Assembly (NCBI RefSeq): GCF_000026545.1 | Contig: NC_011601.1 | Length of the DNA: 64,000 nucleotides | From: Escherichia coli O127:H6 str. E2348/69 | GTDB lineage: Bacteria > Pseudomonadota > Gammaproteobacteria > Enterobacterales > Enterobacteriaceae | Reading direction: 5' to 3' (one strand) | Shown: piece by piece, positions 54,714-64,000 of the stretch | Numbering within the stretch: position 1 is the stretch's first letter | Layout: each line of letters opens with the position of its first letter | Translations under genes and position numbers: made by a program | Notes under the pieces: model-generated | Told to the model about the DNA's origin: nothing | Databases searched by the model: none | Seen by the model: the letters and a program-made list of their open reading frames with translations, nothing else

Positions 54714-54842
54714 CCCTATCTCCCTGCCATAAGCAGCCTTAGCAATCTTTGCGATTGGTCAGTGATGCTGTCAATCAGAGGGGGATTTGTCTAGAATAGA
54801 AGAAATAATCTTTCTAACTCCTGAACACATCTCTGGAGATTT

Positions 54843-55352
54843 ATGTCAGTTTTGCAAGTGTTACATATTCCGGACGAGCGGCTTCGCAAAGTTGCTAAAC
54901 CGGTAGAAGAAGTGAATGCAGAAATTCAGCGTATCGTCGATGATATGTTCGAGACGATGTACGCAGAAGAAGGTATTGGCCTGGCGGCAACCCAGGTTGA
55001 TATCCATCAACGTATCATTGTAATTGATGTTTCGGAAAACCGTGACGAACGGCTGGTGTTAATCAATCCGGAGCTTTTAGAAAAAAGTGGCGAAACAGGC
55101 ATTGAAGAAGGTTGCCTGTCGATCCCTGAACAACGTGCTTTAGTGCCACGCGCAGAGAAAGTTAAAATTCGCGCCCTGGACCGCGACGGTAAACCATTTG
55201 AACTGGAAGCAGACGGTCTGTTAGCCATCTGTATTCAGCATGAGATGGATCACCTGGTCGGCAAACTGTTTATGGATTATCTGTCACCGCTGAAACAACA
55301 ACGTATTCGTCAGAAAGTTGAAAAACTGGATCGTCTGAAAGCCCGGGCTTAA
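54843..55352 (+). CDS. def: Peptide deformylase, 169 aa
   Basis: ORF track; [53 protein letters not shown]..., with EGCLS and HEMDH metal-binding motifs. Confidence 0.97.
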
Positions 55353-55366
55353 GGATAAGAACTAAC

Positions 55367-56314
55367 GTGTCAGAATCACTACGTATTATTTTTGCGGGTA
55401 CACCTGACTTTGCAGCGCGTCATCTCGACGCGCTGTTGTCTTCTGGTCATAACGTCGTTGGCGTGTTCACCCAGCCAGACCGACCGGCAGGACGCGGTAA
55501 AAAACTGATGCCCAGCCCGGTTAAAGTTCTGGCTGAGGAAAAAGGTCTGCCCGTTTTTCAACCGGTTTCCCTGCGTCCACAAGAAAACCAGCAACTGGTC
55601 GCCGATCTACAGGCTGATGTTATGGTTGTCGTCGCCTATGGCTTAATTCTGCCTAAAGCAGTGCTGGAGATGCCGCGTCTTGGCTGTATCAACGTTCATG
55701 GTTCACTGCTGCCACGCTGGCGCGGTGCTGCACCAATCCAACGCTCACTATGGGCGGGTGATGCAGAAACTGGTGTGACCATAATGCAAATGGATGTTGG
55801 TTTAGACACCGGTGACATGCTCTATAAGCTCTCCTGCCCGATTACTGCAGAAGATACCAGTGGTACGCTGTACGACAAGCTGGCAGAGCTTGGCCCACAA
55901 GGGCTTATCACCACGTTGAAACAATTGGCAGACGGCACGGCGAAACCAGAAGTTCAGGACGAAACTCTTGTCACTTACGCCGAGAAGTTGAGTAAAGAAG
56001 AAGCGCGTATTGACTGGTCACTTTCGGCAGCACAGCTTGAACGCTGCATTCGCGCTTTCAATCCATGGCCAATGAGCTGGCTGGAAATTGAAGGACAGCC
56101 GGTTAAAGTCTGGAAAGCATCGGTCATTGATACGGCAACCAACGCTGCACCAGGAACGATCCTTGAAGCCAACAAACAAGGCATTCAGGTTGCGACTGGT
56201 GATGGCATCCTGAACCTGCTCTCGTTACAACCTGCGGGTAAGAAAGCGATGAGCGCACAAGACCTCCTGAACTCTCGTCGGGAATGGTTTGTTCCGGGCA
56301 ACCGTCTGGTCTGA
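55367..56314 (+). CDS. fmt: Methionyl-tRNA formyltransferase, 315 aa (GTG start)
   Basis: ORF track; [46 protein letters not shown]...; follows def. Confidence 0.96.
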   Translation: MSESLRIIFAGTPDFAARHLDALLSSGHNVVGVFTQPDRPAGRGKKLMPSPVKVLAEEKGLPVFQPVSLRPQENQQLVADLQADVMVVVAYGLILPKAVLEMPRLGCINVHGSLLPRWRGAAPIQRSLWAGDAETGVTIMQMDVGLDTGDMLYKLSCPITAEDTSGTLYDKLAELGPQGLITTLKQLADGTAKPEVQDETLVTYAEKLSKEEARIDWSLSAAQLERCIRAFNPWPMSWLEIEGQPVKVWKASVIDTATNAAPGTILEANKQGIQVATGDGILNLLSLQPAGKKAMSAQDLLNSRREWFVPGNRLV

Positions 56315-56359
56315 TAGTCCACTCTTCTAAGCCCGGTCTTGCCGGGCATTTTTATACTT

Positions 56360-57649
56360 ATGAAAAAACAACGTAATTTACGTAGCATGGCGGCCCAGGC
56401 CGTTGAACAAGTCGTCGAGCAAGGGCAATCATTAAGCAACATTCTGCCACCGCTCCAGCAAAAAGTTTCCGATAAAGACAAAGCACTTCTTCAAGAGTTA
56501 TGCTTTGGCGTACTGCGTACGCTTTCGCAGTTAGACTGGCTGATTAATAAGTTAATGGCCCGTCCGATGACCGGCAAACAGCGCACTGTGCATTACCTGA
56601 TTATGGTTGGTTTGTATCAACTGCTTTATACCCGCATTCCACCTCATGCTGCGCTGGCTGAAACGGTTGAAGGTGCTGTCGCAATTAAGCGTCCGCAACT
56701 TAAAGGGTTGATTAACGGCGTATTACGCCAGTTCCAACGTCAGCAAGAAGAGTTATTAGCTGAGTTTAATGCCAGTGATGCACGTTATCTGCATCCTTCC
56801 TGGTTGCTGAAACGTCTGCAAAAAGCGTATCCAGAGCAGTGGCAATCCATCGTAGAAGCCAATAACCAGCGTCCGCCAATGTGGCTGCGCGTTAATCGTA
56901 CGCATCATTCCCGCGACAGCTGGCTTGCATTGCTGGATGAAGCAGGAATGAAAGGTTTCCCGCATGCGGATTACCCTGATGCTGTACGTCTGGAAACACC
57001 TGCACCTGTTCATGCGCTACCTGGTTTTGAAGACGGATGGGTTACCGTTCAGGATGCATCAGCACAAGGTTGCATGACCTGGCTTGCGCCACAAAACGGT
57101 GAACACATTCTGGATCTTTGTGCTGCCCCCGGCGGTAAAACAACGCATATCCTTGAGGTGGCACCAGAAGCGCAGGTTGTTGCGGTTGATATTGACGAAC
57201 AGCGCCTCTCTCGCGTTTACGACAATTTAAAACGCCTTGGTATGAAGGCGACCGTGAAACAAGGTGATGGCCGCTACCCTTCCCAATGGTGTGGCAAGCA
57301 ACAGTTTGATCGCATTTTATTAGATGCGCCTTGTTCAGCAACGGGGGTGATTCGTCGCCATCCGGATATTAAATGGTTACGTCGCGATCGCGATATCCCA
57401 GAACTCGCGCAATTGCAGTCTGAAATTCTCGACGCCATTTGGCCGCATTTAAAATCCGGTGGAACCCTGGTCTATGCCACCTGTTCGGTGTTACCGGAAG
57501 AGAATAGCCTGCAGATTAAAGCCTTTTTGCAACGTACCGCTGATGCCGAACTTTGCGAAACAGGAACACCAGAGCAACCGGGTAAACAAAATCTGCCTGG
57601 TGCCGAAGAGGGCGACGGCTTCTTTTACGCTAAGCTAATCAAAAAGTGA
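56360..57649 (+). CDS. rsmB: 16S rRNA m5C967 methyltransferase RsmB (Sun), 429 aa
   Basis: ORF track 56339..57649; recognised sequence starts [25 protein letters not shown] at ATG 56360. Confidence 0.93.
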   Translation: MKKQRNLRSMAAQAVEQVVEQGQSLSNILPPLQQKVSDKDKALLQELCFGVLRTLSQLDWLINKLMARPMTGKQRTVHYLIMVGLYQLLYTRIPPHAALAETVEGAVAIKRPQLKGLINGVLRQFQRQQEELLAEFNASDARYLHPSWLLKRLQKAYPEQWQSIVEANNQRPPMWLRVNRTHHSRDSWLALLDEAGMKGFPHADYPDAVRLETPAPVHALPGFEDGWVTVQDASAQGCMTWLAPQNGEHILDLCAAPGGKTTHILEVAPEAQVVAVDIDEQRLSRVYDNLKRLGMKATVKQGDGRYPSQWCGKQQFDRILLDAPCSATGVIRRHPDIKWLRRDRDIPELAQLQSEILDAIWPHLKSGGTLVYATCSVLPEENSLQIKAFLQRTADAELCETGTPEQPGKQNLPGAEEGDGFFYAKLIKK

Positions 57650-57670
57650 TGAGATAACGGGTCGCGACTG

Positions 57671-59047
57671 ATGAAAATTATCATTCTGGGTGCCGGCCAG
57701 GTTGGCGGCACACTGGCGGAAAACCTGGTTGGCGAGAACAACGATATTACTGTTGTCGATACCAACGGTGAGCGTCTGCGGACCTTACAGGATAAATTTG
57801 ACCTGCGGGTCGTGCAGGGGCATGGCTCTCATCCACGCGTATTGCGGGAGGCAGGTGCCGACGACGCCGATATGCTGGTTGCTGTAACCAGTTCAGATGA
57901 AACCAATATGGTTGCCTGCCAGGTAGCTTACTCACTTTTCAACACCCCTAATCGCATCGCTCGTATCCGCTCACCAGACTACGTGCGCGATGCCGATAAG
58001 CTATTTCATTCAGATGCTGTACCGATTGATCATCTGATCGCACCAGAGCAGTTGGTTATCGATAATATTTACCGACTGATTGAGTATCCCGGCGCATTGC
58101 AGGTGGTGAACTTCGCTGAGGGTAAAGTCAGCCTGGCTGTGGTTAAAGCCTATTATGGCGGCCCGCTGATTGGTAATGCACTTTCAACCATGCGCGAACA
58201 TATGCCACATATCGATACTCGTGTGGCAGCAATTTTCCGCCACGATCGCCCCATTCGTCCGCAAGGTTCGACCATTGTTGAAGCTGGTGATGAAGTGTTC
58301 TTTATTGCCGCTTCACAGCATATCCGTGCGGTGATGAGTGAATTACAGCGACTGGAAAAACCGTATAAGCGGATCATGCTGGTTGGTGGCGGTAATATCG
58401 GTGCAGGGCTGGCGCGTCGTCTGGAAAAAGATTACAGCGTTAAACTCATCGAACGTAATCAGCAGCGCGCTGCCGAACTGGCGGAAAAGTTGCAGAATAC
58501 GATCGTCTTTTTTGGTGATGCGTCGGATCAAGAACTGCTGGCCGAAGAACATATCGATCAAGTTGATCTGTTTATTGCCGTCACCAACGATGACGAGGCC
58601 AATATCATGTCCGCCATGCTTGCCAAACGTATGGGTGCGAAAAAGGTGATGGTATTGATCCAACGTCGCGCTTATGTGGATCTGGTTCAGGGGAGCGTGA
58701 TCGATATTGCGATTTCACCACAACAAGCAACTATTTCTGCGTTGCTTAGCCATGTGCGAAAAGCAGATATTGTTGGTGTTTCCTCATTACGCCGCGGCGT
58801 AGCAGAAGCTATTGAAGCCGTTGCTCACGGTGATGAAAGCACCTCACGCGTTGTCGGCAGAGTCATTGACGAAATCAAGCTACCGCCAGGAACGATTATT
58901 GGAGCGGTGGTACGTGGAAACGATGTGATGATTGCCAATGACAATCTGCGCATTGAGCAAGGCGATCACGTAATTATGTTCCTCACAGATAAAAAGTTTA
59001 TTACCGACGTCGAAAAACTCTTCCAGCCAAGTCCTTTCTTCTTGTAA
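57671..59047 (+). CDS. trkA: Potassium uptake protein TrkA (tandem NAD-binding domains), 458 aa
   Basis: ORF track; [36 protein letters not shown]... Confidence 0.96.
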   Translation: MKIIILGAGQVGGTLAENLVGENNDITVVDTNGERLRTLQDKFDLRVVQGHGSHPRVLREAGADDADMLVAVTSSDETNMVACQVAYSLFNTPNRIARIRSPDYVRDADKLFHSDAVPIDHLIAPEQLVIDNIYRLIEYPGALQVVNFAEGKVSLAVVKAYYGGPLIGNALSTMREHMPHIDTRVAAIFRHDRPIRPQGSTIVEAGDEVFFIAASQHIRAVMSELQRLEKPYKRIMLVGGGNIGAGLARRLEKDYSVKLIERNQQRAAELAEKLQNTIVFFGDASDQELLAEEHIDQVDLFIAVTNDDEANIMSAMLAKRMGAKKVMVLIQRRAYVDLVQGSVIDIAISPQQATISALLSHVRKADIVGVSSLRRGVAEAIEAVAHGDESTSRVVGRVIDEIKLPPGTIIGAVVRGNDVMIANDNLRIEQGDHVIMFLTDKKFITDVEKLFQPSPFFL

Positions 59048-59050
59048 TTA

Positions 59051-59080
59051 ATAAGGCGTCTAATGACGCCTTATTATTTC
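59051..59080 (+). terminator. Rho-independent terminator after trkA
   Basis: ataaggcgtc-taatg-acgccttat followed by tatttcc. Confidence 0.6.
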
Positions 59081-59176
59081 CCTTTGATTATTAAGGATTA
59101 ATTAAATCCATTCCTGGCAGGAAAATGGCTTAACATTTGTTAGACTTATGGTTGTCGGCTTCATAGGGAGAATAAC

Positions 59177-59587
59177 ATGAGCATTATTAAAGAATTTCGC
59201 GAATTTGCGATGCGCGGGAACGTGGTGGATTTGGCAGTGGGTGTCATTATCGGAGCGGCATTCGGGAAGATTGTATCTTCACTGGTTGCCGATATCATCA
59301 TGCCACCTCTGGGCTTATTAATTGGCGGGATCGACTTTAAACAGTTTGCTGTCACGCTACGCGAGGCCCAAGGGGATATCCCTGCTGTTGTGATGCATTA
59401 CGGTGTCTTCATTCAAAACGTCTTTGATTTTCTGATAGTGGCCTTTGCCATCTTTATGGCGATTAAGCTAATCAACAAACTGAATCGGAAAAAAGAAGAA
59501 CCAGCAGCCGCACCTGCACCAACTAAAGAAGAAGTATTACTGACAGAAATTCGTGATTTGCTGAAAGAGCAGAATAACCGCTCTTAA
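59177..59587 (+). CDS. mscL: Large-conductance mechanosensitive channel MscL, 136 aa
   Basis: ORF track; [62 protein letters not shown]... Confidence 0.97.
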   Translation: MSIIKEFREFAMRGNVVDLAVGVIIGAAFGKIVSSLVADIIMPPLGLLIGGIDFKQFAVTLREAQGDIPAVVMHYGVFIQNVFDFLIVAFAIFMAIKLINKLNRKKEEPAAAPAPTKEEVLLTEIRDLLKEQNNRS

Positions 59588-59802
59588 CAAACGCCTGAAA
59601 GCAGAAGGACAGTGGTAAAAAAGTGATTTACTTTCTTGCCACTGGCCTCCCAGTTCCCCCGATTGCCATGTTTTCCTTTTCGCATGTAACTGCCTTTCCC
59701 TTTCTTATTTTTCTCTACTCGCTGTCGGAATAAGGGATCATGTAGTAATGCTTCTATCGCATTATCCTTTATCTGCCCTTTAGTATGCTGATATCGGCTC
59801 AT
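59584..59802 (-). CDS. arfA: Alternative ribosome-rescue factor ArfA (YhdL), full 72-codon reading frame
   Basis: ORF track; [72 protein letters not shown] recognised as ArfA; convergent 4-bp overlap with the mscL stop. Confidence 0.88.
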   Translation of the reverse strand: MSRYQHTKGQIKDNAIEALLHDPLFRQRVEKNKKGKGSYMRKGKHGNRGNWEASGKKVNHFFTTVLLLSGVC

Positions 59803-59857
59803 AAAAACTCCAGTTGGTTATTTAACGGCGCGAGTGTAATCCTGCCAGTGCAAAAAA

Positions 59858-60283
59858 TCAACAGCCACTCTTAACACCACTCGCCCCTTGTTCAAGAGCT
59901 TCAAGAATCGAGCAATAAACACTGCTATGGGCGGTCCCACAACAGGCATCGTTAAGGCGTTGCAAGGAACGCTGCATACTCTGCAACTCGGCTATACGAG
60001 CTTCGACTTCCTGCAATCTTTCCTGCACAATGCCTTTTGACTCCTGACAGGTATGGTGTTCCGGATCGATACGGATCGACAGCAACTCGCGGATCGACTC
60101 CAGAGTGAAACCTAGTTGTCTGGCATGGCGGATAAATTTCAATCGCTGGAGATCGCTTTCGGTATACAGGCGAAACCCACCTTCGGTGCGTACTTCATGC
60201 CCCATCATCTGCTGCTTTTCGTAATAACGAATCGTGTCGGGTGTTACTTCCGCCATTTTTGCCAGCTCACCAATGCGATACAT
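59858..60283 (-). CDS. zntR: MerR-family Zn(II)-responsive regulator ZntR, 141 aa
   Basis: ORF track; MYRIGELAKMAEVTPDTIRYYEKQQMM... with metal-binding cysteines near the C-terminus. Confidence 0.95.
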   Translation of the reverse strand: MYRIGELAKMAEVTPDTIRYYEKQQMMGHEVRTEGGFRLYTESDLQRLKFIRHARQLGFTLESIRELLSIRIDPEHHTCQESKGIVQERLQEVEARIAELQSMQRSLQRLNDACCGTAHSSVYCSILEALEQGASGVKSGC

Positions 60284-60293
60284 ACATACTCCA

Positions 60294-60662
60294 CTAGTTA
60301 TCGTTGATTTTGTTCAACAACTTGTCAGCATAATCGCCGCGTAAAAAATCGGTATTCAATCCAGCTTGTCGCAGCTTCAATTCCAGTAATGACAATCGAC
60401 GACTAACCTCTTGATATTGCGGATCATCATGACGGATACCTTTGAGAATATCCAGAAGCTGTATTGCTTCCCTCCTATGCTCAAGTTCTGGCGGTAAGCA
60501 ACCAGCATTCTTCAGCAAGCGATACCCCGCACGTAATTCCGGTGGCACATGAGAATCATCATCCAGTATCAATGGTTCGCCGCTACCTACCAGGTTATCA
60601 AACTCACCTTTCGCTTGCGCTTCTGCTATATGACGCTCTGCCCACTGGTCAAGTAACCACAT
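60294..60662 (-). CDS. yhdN: DnaJ-domain-like protein YhdN (DUF1992), 122 aa
   Basis: ORF track; MWLLDQWAERHIAEAQAKGEFDNL... Confidence 0.9.
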   Translation of the reverse strand: MWLLDQWAERHIAEAQAKGEFDNLVGSGEPLILDDDSHVPPELRAGYRLLKNAGCLPPELEHRREAIQLLDILKGIRHDDPQYQEVSRRLSLLELKLRQAGLNTDFLRGDYADKLLNKINDN

Positions 60663-60727
60663 AAATACTCCATGGGATGAACAAAAAGAGTACAGCTATT
60701 GTAGATAAGTGGGGATGCTACGGGTAT

Positions 60728-60756
60728 AAAAAAACCCGCCGGGGCGGGTTTTTTTA
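60728..60756 (-). terminator. Alpha-operon rho-independent terminator downstream of rplQ
   Basis: aaaaaaacccgcc-gg-ggcgggttttttt, a perfect GC stem with flanking A- and T-runs. Confidence 0.85.
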
Positions 60757-60768
60757 CGTTGCTTCAGA

Positions 60769-61176
<408 letters not shown>

Positions 61177-61192
61177 TTAACCTGTGATCCGG

Positions 61193-62182
61193 TTACTCGT
61201 CAGCGATGCTTGCCGGTGGCCAGTTTTCCAGGCGCATGCCCAGAGACAGTCCACGGGAAGCCAGCACGTCTTTAATCTCAGTAAGAGATTTTTTACCAAG
61301 GTTAGGCGTTTTAAGGAGCTCAACCTCGGTACGCTGTACCAGATCACCGATATAGTGGATAGCTTCTGCTTTAAGGCAGTTAGCAGAGCGGACAGTCAAT
61401 TCCAGATCGTCAACAGGGCGCAGCAGGATCGGATCGAACTCTGGTTTCTCTTCTTTCACTTCAGGCTGACGTACATCACGTAAGTCAACGAAAGCTTCCA
61501 GTTGTTCAGCCAGAATGGTTGCCGCACGACGAATCGCCTCTTCAGGATCGATTGTGCCGTTGGTTTCCATTTCGATGACCAGCTTGTCCAGGTCGGTACG
61601 CTGTTCTACACGCGCTGCTTCAACATTGTAGGCAATACGCTCCACAGGGCTGTAGCATGCGTCGACCAGCAGACGGCCGATTGGGCGCTCATCTTCTTCC
61701 GAATGAATTCGGGTAGAAGCCGGCACATAACCACGACCGCGCTGAACTTTGATACGCATGCTAATAGACGCGTTCTCATCGGTCAGGTGGCAGATCACGT
61801 GCTGCGGCTTGACGATTTCGACATCACCGTCGTGGGTGATATCGGCTGCAGTCACAGGGCCAATGCCAGATTTATTCAAGGTAAGAATAACTTCATCTTT
61901 GCCCTGAACTCTCACCGCCAGCCCTTTCAGGTTGAGCAGGATTTCCAGGATATCTTCCTGAACGCCTTCTTTGGTGCTGTACTCATGTAGTACACCATCA
62001 ATCTCAACCTCGGTCACCGCGCAACCCGGCATCGATGAGAGCAGAATACGGCGCAGTGCGTTACCCAGAGTATGGCCAAAGCCACGCTCTAAAGGCTCAA
62101 GGGTCACCTTGGCGTGCGTCGAACTCACTTGCTCGATATCAACCAGGCGCGGTTTTAGAAACTCTGTCACAGAACCCTGCAT
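61193..62182 (-). CDS. rpoA: DNA-directed RNA polymerase alpha subunit, 329 aa
   Basis: ORF track; [77 protein letters not shown]... Confidence 0.98.
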
Positions 62183-62207
62183 TGTGTCCTCTCTTTGGTA
62201 CTAAGCT

Positions 62208-63254
<1,047 letters not shown>

Positions 63255-63267
63255 TCAATCACCCCGA

Positions 63268-63720
<453 letters not shown>

Positions 63721-63770
63721 GCTAATCTAGCCAGCTCAACCCAACTTTGCAAGAAAAATATGCGAAAAAA

Positions 63771-64000
<230 letters not shown>

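Overview
This window is a contiguous stretch of Escherichia coli-type core chromosome, syntenic with the K-12 region running from zapE/yhcB through the rrnD ribosomal RNA operon to the alpha ribosomal-protein operon and the end of secY. Gene order is zapE'-yhcB-degQ-degS-mdh-argR-yhcN-yhcO-aaeBAX-aaeR-[IS]-tldD-yhdP-rng-yhdE-mreDCB-csrD-acuI-accBC-yhdT-panF-prmA-dusB-fis-yhdJ-yhdU-acrS-acrEF-yhdV-yhdWXYZ-rrnD-yrdA-yrdB-aroE-tsaC-yrdD-smg-dprA-def-fmt-rsmB-trkA-mscL-arfA-zntR-yhdN-rplQ-rpoA-rpsD-rpsK-rpsM-rpmJ-secY'. Gene identities were recognised from the translated ORF track and recalled protein sequences; no database search was run. I found no prophage, defence island, CRISPR array or novel multi-gene system, and I do not think this window contains one. 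The only clearly accessory element is a 1,550-bp IS50-like (IS4-family) insertion sequence between the convergent 3' ends of aaeR and tldD. The second departure from the K-12 layout is that the 16S-23S spacer of this rrnD-position operon carries tRNA-Glu rather than tRNA-Ile plus tRNA-Ala. A few residues differ from the K-12 proteins as I recall them (for example in AroE and TsaC), so this is probably a non-K-12 E. coli or Shigella-like lineage.
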